Positions 36,172 through 46,627 of a stretch of DNA of 64,000 nt are shown one piece after another. Under the pieces are notes generated by a model. The model saw only the letters and a program-made list of their open reading frames with translations, did no database searches and was not told the origin of the DNA. The DNA comes from an uncultured Dehalococcoidia bacterium (GTDB taxonomy: Bacteria; Chloroflexota; Dehalococcoidia; Lucifugimonadales; G958296245). Numbering within the stretch: the first letter of the stretch is position 1; each line of letters starts with the position of its first letter. The DNA lies in NCBI GenBank assembly GCA_958296245.1, contig OY282458.1, forward strand, positions 926,440 to 990,439. The letters are read 5' to 3'. The translations under genes were made by a program, and so were the position numbers.

Positions 36172-36560
36172 ATCACGGCGCCGCGTATGAACTCGGCGAC
36201 CTCGGAAGTGGTGGCGCCGGGGCCGAATATGGCCCTGACCCCCATAGCCTCCAGGGTTGGGCGGTCTGCCTCCGGGATGATGCCCCCGGCAACGACCACC
36301 ACGCCCATGCCGCGCTCTTCCAGGGCGTCGAAAATCTTGGGGAATAGCTCCATGTGAGCGCCGGACAGGATGCTGAGCCCGATGACGTCCACGTCCTCTT
36401 GGAAGGCCGCCTCGGCTATCATCTCCGGCGTCTGCCGTATGCCGGTGTAGATGACCTCCATACCGGCGTCGCGCAGCGCCCTCGCGATGACCTTGGCGCC
36501 ACGGTCGTGCCCGTCCAGCCCCGGCTTGCCCACCAGCACCCTGATCACGTCCGGGGGCAT
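36168..36560 (-). CDS. methylmalonyl-CoA mutase, cobalamin-binding (C-terminal domain) subunit
   Basis: [34 protein letters not shown] (DxHxxG B12-binding motif), ..GLSILSG.., ..VVAGGIIP... Confidence 0.9.
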   Translation of the reverse strand: MPPDVIRVLVGKPGLDGHDRGAKVIARALRDAGMEVIYTGIRQTPEMIAEAAFQEDVDVIGLSILSGAHMELFPKIFDALEERGMGVVVVAGGIIPEADRPTLEAMGVRAIFGPGATTSEVAEFIRGAVM

Positions 36561-36564
36561 TCTT

Positions 36565-37005
36565 CTACCTCCCGACCGAGTTGCTGTCTACGAGCTCTAT
36601 CAGCACGCCCCGGGTCGCGCGGGGATGGATGAAGGCGATCATTCCCGACAACCCCTGCCGAGGCGTCTTGTCGATGAGCTGCACGTCCTCGGCTTCCAGC
36701 CGTTTCAGGGTCGCCGCCAGGTCGTCCACCTCGAAGCAGACGTGATGCATTCCCTCGCCCCGGCGCTCGATGAACCGGGCCACGCCGCCGCCGGCGTCAG
36801 TGGGCTGGATGAACTCGATCTGGGTCCCCCCCACCTTGACCAAGGCCGCCCTGACCTGCTGGTCCTCTATGTCCTCGACCTCCGCTTCCCCGATGCCGAA
36901 CAGGCCCTGGTAGAAGCGGAGCGTGTCTTCTATGTCGCGGACGGCCAGACAGACGTGGTTGACGTGTTGCGCGGTGCATGGGCTGTCGCTCATGGCTGAT
37001 TGCAT
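36565..37005 (-). CDS. methylmalonyl-CoA epimerase (VOC/glyoxalase fold)
   Basis: [12 protein letters not shown]..., [19 protein letters not shown], ..AFIHP....GVLIELV. Confidence 0.8.
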   Translation of the reverse strand: MQSAMSDSPCTAQHVNHVCLAVRDIEDTLRFYQGLFGIGEAEVEDIEDQQVRAALVKVGGTQIEFIQPTDAGGGVARFIERRGEGMHHVCFEVDDLAATLKRLEAEDVQLIDKTPRQGLSGMIAFIHPRATRGVLIELVDSNSVGR

Positions 37006-37027
37006 CCTCCGGTCGCGTTCATGGCTG

Positions 37028-38182
37028 TCACAGACCGAGGACTGCGCGGGCTATAATCAGGCGCTGCACCTCGGACGAGCCCTCGTATATCTCGGTCACC
37101 CGCGCATCGCGGTACAGCCGCTCCGAGGGGGTGGGCGCAAAGTAGCCGACGCCGCCGTGTATCTGCACCGCGCTGTTGGCGGCCCTATTGGCCGCCTGGG
37201 AGGCGAACAGCTTGGCCTTGGAGGCCTCGGTAGCAAACGGTTCACCTCTGTCCATCAGGGTGGCGGCGCGGAGCACGAGAAGGCGCGCCGCGTCGACCTC
37301 GGTGGCCATGTCGGCGACCATCCACTGGACCGCCTGGTGCTCGGCTATCTGCTTGCCGAAGGTCTGCCTTTGCTTGGCGTAGCTGAGGGACGCCTCGTAG
37401 GCGGCCTGCGCAATGCCGACGCACTGGGCCGCTATGCCTATTCGGCTGCCGTTGAGCATCTGCATCGTCTGGCGGAACCCCTCGCCCTCCGAGCCTAGCC
37501 GGTTCTCCACCGGCACGGGGCAGTCCTGGAAGACCAACTCGGCTGTGGACGATGCCCTGACGCCCATCTTGCCGTGCTGGGGGTTGATGGTGAAGCCCTC
37601 GCTGTCTCTCTCCACGATCAGGGTCAGCACCCCTCGGCTTCTGAGGGTTGCGTCCTGGGTAGCCAGCACCACGAAGGTGTCGGCCTCGGCGCCGTTGGTG
37701 GTGAACAGCTTGGCGCCGTTCAGCACGTAGTGGCCGTCCTTCCTCGCCGCCGTGGTGGAGATGGCTGCCGAATCGCTGCCCGCGCCGGGCTCCGTGAGGG
37801 CGAAGGCGCCTATCCTGCGGGCGTTGGCAAGCTGCGGGATGAACCTGCGTTTCTGGCCCTTCGTGCCGAACGCCTGGATGTACTGGGCGCACAAGGAGAG
37901 GTGCGCGAGGTATATGACGCTGGTCGCCGCACAGCCGCGGGCGATCTCCTCTATGGTGATCGCAAGCTGGCGGGCGGTGCCTCCGCTGCCGCCGTACTCC
38001 TCGTCGATGGTGAGCCCGAACAGGCCCAGATCGGCCATGTCCCGGACGTTGTCCCACGGGAACTCGCCCGCCTCGTCGTAGTCGGGCGCACGGGGCGCCA
38101 GGGCCCTGTCGGCCAGGTCCCTGACGGTCGATCTTATGAGCCGCTCATCTTCGGTCAGGAATAGGTCTTCCATCGTGTTCAT
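37028..38182 (-). CDS. acyl-CoA dehydrogenase
   Basis: ..GAFALTEPGAGSD.., ..QTFGKQIAEHQAVQ.., ..IYEGSSEVQR.. are canonical ACAD motifs. Confidence 0.9.
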   Translation of the reverse strand: MNTMEDLFLTEDERLIRSTVRDLADRALAPRAPDYDEAGEFPWDNVRDMADLGLFGLTIDEEYGGSGGTARQLAITIEEIARGCAATSVIYLAHLSLCAQYIQAFGTKGQKRRFIPQLANARRIGAFALTEPGAGSDSAAISTTAARKDGHYVLNGAKLFTTNGAEADTFVVLATQDATLRSRGVLTLIVERDSEGFTINPQHGKMGVRASSTAELVFQDCPVPVENRLGSEGEGFRQTMQMLNGSRIGIAAQCVGIAQAAYEASLSYAKQRQTFGKQIAEHQAVQWMVADMATEVDAARLLVLRAATLMDRGEPFATEASKAKLFASQAANRAANSAVQIHGGVGYFAPTPSERLYRDARVTEIYEGSSEVQRLIIARAVLGL

Positions 38183-38216
38183 CCCTGTGCGACGTGAATT
38201 GCTCTCCCGTGGGTCG

Positions 38217-39872
38217 TCAGAAGCCGGCGGTCTCGCGCTGCTCGCCGAAGACGCTGCGGAGTACGTCGGCTATCTCGCCCACGGTTGCGTAGGCTTCGAC
38301 GCACTCCAGGATGGCGGGGACGGTGTTCTCGTCGCCGCGCGCCGCGCCTTCGAGCCGCTTCAGGGCGGTCGCGGCGGCCTCACCGTCCCGCTCGCTTCTG
38401 ACGCGCTGCACCCGGTCGATCTGCCGTCTCGTCTCCTCGGGGTCTATGTTCTGTAGCTTCTCTATGGGCGGCGTGGGGGACCGAAAGCGGTTTACGCCGA
38501 CCACGACGCGCTCCTCCGCTTCCACCTCCCGTTGCATCTTGAACGCGCTCTCGTGCAGCTCCCGGGTCTGGTAGCCCTCCTCCAGCGCGGCGACGGCGCC
38601 GCCCATGCGGTCGATCTCGCGGATGTACTCTAGGGCCGCCGCCTCCAGGCGGTCCGTCAGGCTCTCCACGTAGTACGAGCCGGCCAGCGGGTCCACCGTA
38701 CCGGTGACGCCGCTCTCGTGCGCGATGATCTGCTGGGTCCTCAGAGAGAGCTGGACCGAGTCCTCCGTCGGCAGGGCGAGGGCCTCGTCCCTGGAGTTGA
38801 CGTGCAGCGACTGGGTGCCGCCCAGAACGGCGGACAGGGCCTGTATCGTGGTGCGGATGACGTTGTTGTCCGGCTGCTGGGCGGTCAGCGTCACGCCGGC
38901 TGTCTGGGTGTGGAACCGCAGCATCCAGGACTTGGGGTTCGAGGCGGAGAACCGTTCACGCATGATCTTGGCCCACATCCGGCGCGCCGCGCGGAACTTG
39001 GCGACCTCCTCCAGCAAGTCGCTCTGGGCCACGAAGAAGAACGAAAGCCTGGAAGCGAAGCTGTCGACGTCTAGGCCGGAGTCCACGGCGGCTTGGACGT
39101 AGGCTATGGCGTTGGCGAAGGTGAAGGCCAGTTCCTGGACGGCGGTGGCGCCGGCCTCGCGCATGTGGTAGCCGCTGATGCTGATCGTATTCCACCGAGG
39201 CACGTGCTGTGGGCAGTATTGGAACACGTCGGTAACGAGTCTCATGGCCGGGAGCGGCGGGTAGACGTAGGTCCCCCGGGCGATGTACTCCTTCAGGATG
39301 TCGTTCTGGATGGTGCCGTCGAGCTTGGCCGGCGGGACGCCCTGCTTCTTCGCCACCGCGACGTAGAGCGCCAACAGTATGGATGCGGTGGCGTTGATGG
39401 TCATCGAGGTGCTGACCTTGTCCAGCGGGATGCCGTCGAACAGGGTCTCCATGTCCACGAGGCTGCATATGGGGACCCCCGCCCGGCCCACCTCGCCCAG
39501 CGCCAACGGATGATCGGAGTCGTACCCGGTCTGGGTGGGCAGGTCGAAGGCGACGCTCAGGCCGGTCTGACCCTGCTCCAAGAGGTACCTGTAGCGGCGG
39601 TTGGACTCCTCCGGGGAGGCAAACCCGGAGTATTGGCGCATCGTCCAGACGCGCCCGCGGTACATGTTGGGCTGTACGCCTCGGGTGTAGGGGTATTCTC
39701 CCGGGTAGCCCAGCTTCTCGTCGTAGCTGTCGCCGTCCAGGTCCTCCGGCGTGTACACCGTGTCGACGTCGAGCCCCGACCCGGTCTCGAAGCGCTCCCG
39801 GCGTTCGCCGAACCGCTTCTTCAGCGGCTCCAAGGTCTTGGCGCGCCACTCACCCTTGCTTGCAGCGGTCAT
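38217..39872 (-). CDS. methylmalonyl-CoA mutase, large (catalytic TIM-barrel) subunit
   Basis: ..[10 protein letters not shown].., ..WTMRQYSGF.., ..[11 protein letters not shown].., ..[14 protein letters not shown].., ..[12 protein letters not shown].., ..[15 protein letters not shown]... Confidence 0.93.
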   Translation of the reverse strand: MTAASKGEWRAKTLEPLKKRFGERRERFETGSGLDVDTVYTPEDLDGDSYDEKLGYPGEYPYTRGVQPNMYRGRVWTMRQYSGFASPEESNRRYRYLLEQGQTGLSVAFDLPTQTGYDSDHPLALGEVGRAGVPICSLVDMETLFDGIPLDKVSTSMTINATASILLALYVAVAKKQGVPPAKLDGTIQNDILKEYIARGTYVYPPLPAMRLVTDVFQYCPQHVPRWNTISISGYHMREAGATAVQELAFTFANAIAYVQAAVDSGLDVDSFASRLSFFFVAQSDLLEEVAKFRAARRMWAKIMRERFSASNPKSWMLRFHTQTAGVTLTAQQPDNNVIRTTIQALSAVLGGTQSLHVNSRDEALALPTEDSVQLSLRTQQIIAHESGVTGTVDPLAGSYYVESLTDRLEAAALEYIREIDRMGGAVAALEEGYQTRELHESAFKMQREVEAEERVVVGVNRFRSPTPPIEKLQNIDPEETRRQIDRVQRVRSERDGEAAATALKRLEGAARGDENTVPAILECVEAYATVGEIADVLRSVFGEQRETAGF

Positions 39873-40036
39873 GGTCGTGCTCTACCAGATGCAGTCGACG
39901 ACACGGGACTACCTGATCCCCCGATCCGCCGTGACGAGTCTACGCCCAGAAGCGGCTATGCATCCGTGTAGCTCAAGGGTCGGAATGCTTGACAAGTGTC
40001 GTCTTCGCCCGTCGGCGCCCCTCATGGTTTGTCTCG

Positions 40037-40561
40037 TTACACCGTCGTTATAGTCACGTCTACACCTAGCTTCTCGCCGAGGGCGCGCAGGTACTGGTCT
40101 ATCGTGGCGGTTTGGCCCATGATCAGGCGTGAGATGAAGCGTAGCGCCGGGTTGTCTATCTCGCCGTCCTCGGTGACCGTCAGCGCCGTGACCTCACCGA
40201 ATTCGGCCACCTCCATGGTCCATCTTCCTGAGAAGGGGAGATTGTCGTTGGCGATGCGCCGCACGAGACGGCGCGGCGCGGCCATCTCCATCGTCTCCAT
40301 GTCCAAGGACCGGCCTGATTTGTCGGTCTCCCGCCACACGTCCCGGCCCGCGCGGCCGGCTATGCGCTCTACGCGCTTGAGGTCGGCGCGCCAGGCCGTC
40401 TGCCCAGGAAAGTCCGATATGACCATCCAGATCGCGCGAGGCGAGCGGTTGAAGTGAGCCATCCGCGAGACTGAATGCGCCCGGGGCAGCAGGGAGCCTA
40501 CGCCGAAGACCAGCACAACGACGCCCACCAAGGCCACACCGGTTACGACGAGCCAGACCAT
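40037..40561 (-). CDS. SRPBCC-family (polyketide cyclase/dehydrase-like) protein with N-terminal TM helix
   Basis: MVWLVVTGVALVGVVVLVFGV then a ~150-aa domain of START/Bet v1-like length and pattern. Weak functional call. Confidence 0.5.
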   Translation of the reverse strand: MVWLVVTGVALVGVVVLVFGVGSLLPRAHSVSRMAHFNRSPRAIWMVISDFPGQTAWRADLKRVERIAGRAGRDVWRETDKSGRSLDMETMEMAAPRRLVRRIANDNLPFSGRWTMEVAEFGEVTALTVTEDGEIDNPALRFISRLIMGQTATIDQYLRALGEKLGVDVTITTV

Positions 40562-40564
40562 GGC

Positions 40565-41671
40565 TCAGCCCACCGCCGCCCCGGCGGGCGCGAAGCCCAC
40601 CTTCGCCAGGGAGCCGCTTATGGCCTCGAGCATCTCGGTGATCTGCCGGGGATCGACCATGCCGAGATGTCCTATGCGGAACATCTTCCCTGTCAGTTCG
40701 CCATAAGCGCCGGCGAGTACGACGTCGTAATCCTTGCGCACGGCGGCCCTCAACTCGTCCGCGTCCATACCGTCCGGCACCCTAACGGCGGTGACGGTGT
40801 TGGATGCTATCCGCTCATCGGGGAAGATGGAAAGACCAAGCGCCTTGATTCCTTCGCGCGTCATCCGCCCGATCTCCGCATGGCGGCGGAAGACGTTCTC
40901 CATCCCCTCGTCGGTGATCTGTTGCAGCGCCAAGTCCAGCGCGAACATGGCAGACAAGGCTGGCGTGTAGGGCGGTTGGCCCATCTCTAGGTACTTCTTG
41001 TACTGTGCCGCGTCGAAGTAGAACCGGGGCATCGCGGCCTCGGCGTGAGCCTGCCACGCCCGTTCGCTGAAGCTGATGAACGCCAGGCCCGGCGGAAGCA
41101 TCCATCCCTTTTGGGAGGCGCTCGTAACCACGTCGCAGCCCCAAGCGTCGGTGCGGAGAGGCAGAGAACATACGCTGCTTATGCCGTCTACCAGCAGCAG
41201 CTTGTCGAACTCGCCTTTGACCACCGACGCTATCGACTCCAGGTCGTTGGTTACGCCGGTGTTGGTCTCGTTGTGAGTAACCAGTACCGCCTTGACGTCC
41301 GGGGCGCCGCTAAGGGCCGCTCTCAGCGCGTCCACGTCTACCGCCTCACCCGCGGGGAACCTCAGGGTCGTCACGTCGGCCCCGAAGATGTCCGCGATCT
41401 GGCCGAATCGGTCTCCGAAGGAGCCTATGGTCGCGCAGATGACCTTGTCCCCGGGTGAAAGGGTATTGACTACCGCCGCCTCCATCGCCCCGGTCCCGGA
41501 GGAGGTCAGGATGAAGACGTCTCCGCTGGTGTCGAAGACCGTCTTCAGGCGGTCTGTGAGCCGGTGCAGCAGTTCCTGAAACTCCGGTCCTCGGTGGTTC
41601 ATCATAGGCGTCGCCATTGCGCCGAGGATATCGTCGGGGACCGGTATGGGGCCGGGAATGCGAAGGTTCAC
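40565..41671 (-). CDS. class V aminotransferase (serine-pyruvate / alanine-glyoxylate type)
   Basis: MNLRIPGPIPVP.., ..TSSGTGAMEA.., ..LLVDGISS.., ..SASQKGW (PLP Lys context). Confidence 0.8.
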   Translation of the reverse strand: MNLRIPGPIPVPDDILGAMATPMMNHRGPEFQELLHRLTDRLKTVFDTSGDVFILTSSGTGAMEAAVVNTLSPGDKVICATIGSFGDRFGQIADIFGADVTTLRFPAGEAVDVDALRAALSGAPDVKAVLVTHNETNTGVTNDLESIASVVKGEFDKLLLVDGISSVCSLPLRTDAWGCDVVTSASQKGWMLPPGLAFISFSERAWQAHAEAAMPRFYFDAAQYKKYLEMGQPPYTPALSAMFALDLALQQITDEGMENVFRRHAEIGRMTREGIKALGLSIFPDERIASNTVTAVRVPDGMDADELRAAVRKDYDVVLAGAYGELTGKMFRIGHLGMVDPRQITEMLEAISGSLAKVGFAPAGAAVG

Positions 41672-41785
41672 TGATGCCTCCTAAAGGTTGTGCCGGATGA
41701 GGAGATTCTAGCACACGCTATGAGGCGGACCGGTATGCTCCGCCCCGAGTAGAGCGCGTCGAGACTGGCGCAGCCCGCCCTCCGG

Positions 41786-43900
41786 CTAGACGTCTCCCCC
41801 AAACTGTCGAATCTCGGCCCGCGCCGACTCCGGAAGATCCTTGGGCACGTCGCCGGCCTTCACCTTGGCGCTCTGGACCGCAATCCTCACCTCATCGACG
41901 ACTTCCGGGTTGGCGAGGGTCGTGGTGTCGCCGACGTCCATGAAGTTGGATATGGACGCGATGACGCGGCGCATGATCTTCCCTGAGCGGGTCTTGGGCA
42001 GGTCGGTAGTGACCCAAACGTGGGCTGGCCGCGCAATGGGGCCGATCATCTGCCTTATTGCGCTCTTGACCTGATCCTCCACCTCGGAGGATGCTTCATA
42101 GCCCGGCTTCAGCGAGACGTACATTTCGGGCACCCGTCCCCGGAGCTCGTCGTAAGCTGGGACGGCGGCCGCCTCGCCTACGGCCTCCACCGTGAGGGCG
42201 GCGGACTCCAGCTCCTTAGTGCCCAGCCGGTGGCCTGCCACGTTGATCACGTCGTCCACTCGGCCCACGATGCGGAAGTAGCCGTCGGCGGCCTGCATGG
42301 CCCCGTCCCCGGTGACGTAGGGCCAGTCCCTCCAATCCTTGCTGTTTGGGTCCTTGCAGTACTTCTCGAAGTAGGTGGCTACGAAACGGTCGGGGTCGCC
42401 CCAAACCGTCTGCATGAAGCCCGGCCATGGGTTGCTGATGCAGATGTTGCCGGCCCTTCCCGAGCCTGGCTCAACCTCGTTCCCGTCCTCGTCGAGGATG
42501 ATGGGGAATATACCGAGCGCACCGGGGCCGCAGCTTCCCGGCTTCATGGGCTGGAGGGCCGGAAGCGTGGTGCCGATGAAGCCGCCGGTTTCCGTCTGCC
42601 ACCAGGTGTCGACGATGGCAGCGTCTCGCTTGCCGACCACCTCATAGTACCAGCGCCACACCTCGGGCTCGATTGGCTCGCCCACCGTGGTCATGTGCTT
42701 GAAGCGGTAGTTGTGCTTCTGGGGCTCGTCGGGGCCAGCCTTGCGCAGCATTCTGATGGTCGTGGGCGCCGTGTGGAAGATGTTCACGTCGAGCCGCTCG
42801 GCGATGCGCCACGGCCTGCCCGGGTCCGGGTAGGTGGGCACGCCTTCGTACAGCACGCCGGTGGCCGCGTTCGCCAAGGGGCCGTAGACGATGTAGGAGT
42901 GGCCCGTAATCCAGCCGATGTCCGCAAAGCACCAGTAGACGTCCTCAGGGTGAATGTCCTGATAGTACCGCGCCGTGCCGGCGACGTATGCAAGGTAGCC
43001 GCCCGTACTGTGCTGGCAACCCTTTGGCCTGGCAGTGGTCCCGCTGGTATACATTAGGAATAACGGCGCCTCGGCGGGCATGGATACCGGTTCGACCCGC
43101 TGGCCCCTGTAGTCCTTTAGCAGATCGTCCACGTAGAAGTCCCGACCGTCGATCATAGGCGTGGGAGATGAGTCCCTGCCGGGGTACCGGCGCCACACCA
43201 GTACCTTGTCGACACTGGCCCCTCCCTTCTCCGCCTGGGCCACGGCTTCGTCCGCTTTGACCTTGTGGTCGAGCAGGTCTCCGTTCCGGTAGTAGGCGTC
43301 CATGGTAATCAGGACGCGGCTTCCCGAGTCGACGATACGGTCTCCGCAGGCGGCGCCGCTGAAGCCGCCGAAGACCTGGGAGTGGACCACGCCGAGCCTG
43401 GCGCAGGCGAGCATCGCAACGGGGAGCTCCGGGACCATCGGCATGTGGAGGGTGACGCGGTCGCCAGCCTTGACCCCGCAGAAGTCCCGCAGCAGGGCGG
43501 CGAACTCGTTGACTCTCACGTATAGGTCCTGATAGGTGATGACCCGGTCCTGCTCGTCCTCGGGCTCCGCTACCCATATGAACGCCGCCTTGTTCTTGTG
43601 GGCGGCGACGTGCCTGTCGACGCAGTTGTAAGAGGCGTTGAGCTTGCCCCCCGCGAACCACTTCCAGAAGGGCGGGTTGGAGGTGTCCAGGGTGGTATGC
43701 CAGTACTGGTCCCAGGTGAGCAGGTCTGCGTACTCCCGGAAGTATTCGGGATAGTTTTCTATCGCGAACCTTTCGAGCACCTTGGCGTCGGCCATGTTGG
43801 CCTGGGCGATGAAGCCCGCGCCAGGGCTGATGAACTCTTCCTCTCGCCAGTGCGAGGCGATCTGGGACTCGCTTATCTGGTCCTGCTCTCCTCTAGACAT
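41786..43900 (-). CDS. AMP-forming acetyl/propionyl-CoA synthetase
   Basis: ORF trimmed to ATG 43900 (GGGAGGAG 6 nt upstream). ..LMYTSGTTARPKG.., ..YWCFADIGWITGHSY.., ..WWQTETGG.., ..YVTGD.., ..LPKTRSGKIMRR... Acetate versus propionate specificity is not determinable. Confidence 0.9.
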   Translation of the reverse strand: MSRGEQDQISESQIASHWREEEFISPGAGFIAQANMADAKVLERFAIENYPEYFREYADLLTWDQYWHTTLDTSNPPFWKWFAGGKLNASYNCVDRHVAAHKNKAAFIWVAEPEDEQDRVITYQDLYVRVNEFAALLRDFCGVKAGDRVTLHMPMVPELPVAMLACARLGVVHSQVFGGFSGAACGDRIVDSGSRVLITMDAYYRNGDLLDHKVKADEAVAQAEKGGASVDKVLVWRRYPGRDSSPTPMIDGRDFYVDDLLKDYRGQRVEPVSMPAEAPLFLMYTSGTTARPKGCQHSTGGYLAYVAGTARYYQDIHPEDVYWCFADIGWITGHSYIVYGPLANAATGVLYEGVPTYPDPGRPWRIAERLDVNIFHTAPTTIRMLRKAGPDEPQKHNYRFKHMTTVGEPIEPEVWRWYYEVVGKRDAAIVDTWWQTETGGFIGTTLPALQPMKPGSCGPGALGIFPIILDEDGNEVEPGSGRAGNICISNPWPGFMQTVWGDPDRFVATYFEKYCKDPNSKDWRDWPYVTGDGAMQAADGYFRIVGRVDDVINVAGHRLGTKELESAALTVEAVGEAAAVPAYDELRGRVPEMYVSLKPGYEASSEVEDQVKSAIRQMIGPIARPAHVWVTTDLPKTRSGKIMRRVIASISNFMDVGDTTTLANPEVVDEVRIAVQSAKVKAGDVPKDLPESARAEIRQFGGDV

Positions 43901-44021
43901 ACTCTGCTCCTCCCTCGATAGATATGTGTTAGGCGTCTGAGAGTCGTGGAGATGCCGACTGGGCCCGCCCTTCTCCGGGTCCATGGCTTGCTGAACGGAA
44001 GAAAGGCGCTGTTCTGCCGTC

Positions 44022-44522
44022 CTAGGCGTCTGTTCTGCCGCTGCGCCAGAGATGGTTGCCGGTCGTGAGGGCGACGCACGTGAAGAGTGCGTCTGTGATT
44101 GGAAAGTAGATCAAGTGAGAGGTTACGGCGTCTCCGGTCTCGCTATCGGGATTCAGGGTCCAGAACCATTCCCAGAAGAACAGCATCGCCAGCACGATGG
44201 CCCCGTAGTAGGCGGCGTTGACCCCCACGTATTCCGTGATACTGGGCTGGCCGTCCCCCTTTTTCAGGTGGATCTTCCGGATGCAGCTCACGACCAACGC
44301 AATCAACGCCGAGGCGGCCATGAACCAGTTTATTATCTTCCAAACCGGGTAGTCCGGCGACCCATCGTGATATACGGGCGTGAGTATGAGGTTGGCGAAC
44401 GTAGCCGCCGCCGTCGCTATCAGAAAGACCGCCAGAATCCGCTTCGCTATGTCCATGATGTGGTGATGCCTCCCTTCGGCTCCTGTGCTTGTTGCGGCTG
44501 ATCTTCGGGTGGGTTCTGCCAT
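44022..44522 (-). CDS. hypothetical integral membrane protein
   Basis: Four hydrophobic segments (ILAVFLIATAAATFANLIL, INWFMAASALIALVV, AAYYGAIVLAMLFFWEWFW, IYFPITDALFTCVAL); the real start may be ATG 44456. Confidence 0.55.
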   Translation of the reverse strand: MAEPTRRSAATSTGAEGRHHHIMDIAKRILAVFLIATAAATFANLILTPVYHDGSPDYPVWKIINWFMAASALIALVVSCIRKIHLKKGDGQPSITEYVGVNAAYYGAIVLAMLFFWEWFWTLNPDSETGDAVTSHLIYFPITDALFTCVALTTGNHLWRSGRTDA

Positions 44523-44542
44523 CGCGCCAATGTTATCCCACG

Positions 44543-45460
44543 TTATCGCCCGGCGGCAAGATGGAATGAAGCTGACAGCCGCTCACGCACCAACTCCCGG
44601 GCCCGGCCGGCGTCGACGTCCACGGCGACCCTGACGGGACCGCCGCTATATACGGCAGAGGTCTTGCCGCGCCGTTCCGGGTCCCGGGTCTCCACCCCGG
44701 CGCGCGCACGCTTATATTGGAGCAGACCCGGCTCTACAACCGCCGCCACAGCCAGGACGTCGTGAAGATGGTACCGGCATGAGCTCGGATGTGTCCTGAA
44801 CCAACTGCCAAGCACCCGGTTGGCGAGCCCCGCCGATACGCTGCCGCCGGCTGCCCAGGGGGCGCCGTTCCGGCTGAGATGTAGTTTCATGGTCACGTCT
44901 AGGCCGATCAGCCGGGCCTGCGCCCCCGACGTGAGCACCTCCTGAGCCGCCTCCGGGTCGTTATAAACGTTGAACTCCGCATGGGGCGTGACGTTGCCGG
45001 GCGCCTCTACCGCTCCTCCCATGATGACAACCTCCTCGACCCACTCGGCAAGCCTGGGCTCGCGCCGCATCGCCCTTGCGACGTTCGTTAAGGGGCCCAG
45101 CGCTATTAGAGTGAGGTCTCCCCTGCGCTCCGATGCGGCGCGCAGTATCCGTTCGGCTGCGCGCTCGGTCGTGGGCTTTGCTCGCGGGCGCGGCAGTCTC
45201 ACGCCCAGGCCCGCGGCGCCGTGGACGTGATAGGCGTACTCGAACCGGCCCCTCAGGGGACGCGCCGCGCCGCGCGACACCGGCGCATCCGAGCCCAGGT
45301 GATCGAGCAGCCGGAGCGCGTTGCGGGTGGTGTCGGCAAGGGTGGCGTTGCCCCCGACGGTGGTCACGCCCTCGACGTCCAACTCGGGGGAGTTGAGCGC
45401 CACTATGAGGGCTAGGGCGTCGTCCGTACCGGGGTCCGTGTCGATGAATACTCTCTTCAT
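44543..45460 (-). CDS. nucleoside hydrolase (inosine/uridine-preferring family)
   Basis: MKRVFIDTDPGTDDALALIVAL (DxDxxxDD fingerprint), ..VTTVGGNA... Confidence 0.88.
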   Translation of the reverse strand: MKRVFIDTDPGTDDALALIVALNSPELDVEGVTTVGGNATLADTTRNALRLLDHLGSDAPVSRGAARPLRGRFEYAYHVHGAAGLGVRLPRPRAKPTTERAAERILRAASERRGDLTLIALGPLTNVARAMRREPRLAEWVEEVVIMGGAVEAPGNVTPHAEFNVYNDPEAAQEVLTSGAQARLIGLDVTMKLHLSRNGAPWAAGGSVSAGLANRVLGSWFRTHPSSCRYHLHDVLAVAAVVEPGLLQYKRARAGVETRDPERRGKTSAVYSGGPVRVAVDVDAGRARELVRERLSASFHLAAGR

Positions 45461-45557
45461 CCTTGCCCCGCCGGAGGAGTCGGATCGGAGGCGCGCCGCG
45501 GCCCCGGCTGGGGATTGAGCATGAGGGCAGCCCTCGTCACGGCAACGCGGCGCCGGC

Positions 45558-45929
45558 TCATTCGTCCATCACCGTATCGGTGAAGTCGAACCGGAGCATC
45601 CCCATGCCGGGGACGTCGAGACCCATTTCCACTCTGTGCGGCCCCGGCTCCAGCGTTACGCCGTCGACCCATATCGTGATGCCCGCGTTCATGGCAAGGG
45701 TGAAGGTGTTCTCCTCGGATACCGAACTGAAGGCCACCTCCCGCCCATCGAGGTAGAAGAAAGCGGAGCCGAGAGGAATCTCTCTGCCGTCCACGGTGAT
45801 GGGCGACATCCTACTGGCGTACCCCGATCCTAAGGTGTTCTTGATCTGGAATTCGAAGCCGCCCACGGCGTTCTTCAGGCTCCCTTTGACGTATAGGCGG
45901 CGCAGCAGGAAACCGGGCACAGACACCAT
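45558..45929 (-). CDS. hypothetical protein (123 aa)
   Basis: Clean ORF with GC-rich third positions, co-directional with its neighbours; no motif I can name. Confidence 0.5.
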   Translation of the reverse strand: MVSVPGFLLRRLYVKGSLKNAVGGFEFQIKNTLGSGYASRMSPITVDGREIPLGSAFFYLDGREVAFSSVSEENTFTLAMNAGITIWVDGVTLEPGPHRVEMGLDVPGMGMLRFDFTDTVMDE

Positions 45930-45946
45930 TTGTAGCTCCTCTCAAC

Positions 45947-46627
45947 TCAAGCTTCTGAGTCAAGCCGCGTCCGGAATACCTCAGACTCAGCGTCGACGAC
46001 TTCTTTCGGCAGTTCGTCCACGTTCCCGAGCAGCTTTGCGTATATGAATATCTTTGAGACACGCTCGACCAGCATACAGACGTCGAGAGCTTCCGCGAGG
46101 TTGCGGCCCACGCCGACGGCGCCGTGGTTCTTGATGATGGCGGCCTTCCGGCCCTCCAAGGCCGCGCATACGCTGTCGGCCAGCGCCTGAGTGCCCGGGT
46201 AGGCGTACTTGGAGACCCGTATACTGCCGCCCAGCGTGACGGCCATCTCGTCAATGATAGGAGGCACGTCCAAGCCGGAAACCGCCGCGACGCTGGTAAA
46301 CGCCGAGTGGGTATGAATTACGGCTCCGACGTCGGGCCGGCTCCTGTACACTGCGGCGTGCATCAGAGACTCCGACGAGGGGGCCAGGTCGCCCTCTACC
46401 GGCTCCACGTTGAAGTCGGTCACGACAACGCCGCTCTCGTCCAACTCCGAGTATCGCTTTCCTGATGGCGTGACCGCAAGGAGGCCGCGGGTGTCATGGG
46501 AGGGCAGCCTTACGCTGATGTTGCCGCTGGACCCACTGACCAGGCCGAGGTCGCACATCCTCCTCGCTGCCTCCGCGACGGCTCGCCTCTCGGCTGTCCA
46601 TCGGCCGGTCGTTCGCGGACCCGTCAT
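45947..46627 (-). CDS. class II aldolase/adducin-family protein
   Basis: ORF trimmed to ATG 46627, which overlaps the upstream TGA as ATGA. ..SGSSGNISVR.., ..VTPSG.., ..PSSESLMHAAVY.., ..AVIHTHS.., ..KNHGAVGVG... Confidence 0.85.
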   Translation of the reverse strand: MTGPRTTGRWTAERRAVAEAARRMCDLGLVSGSSGNISVRLPSHDTRGLLAVTPSGKRYSELDESGVVVTDFNVEPVEGDLAPSSESLMHAAVYRSRPDVGAVIHTHSAFTSVAAVSGLDVPPIIDEMAVTLGGSIRVSKYAYPGTQALADSVCAALEGRKAAIIKNHGAVGVGRNLAEALDVCMLVERVSKIFIYAKLLGNVDELPKEVVDAESEVFRTRLDSEA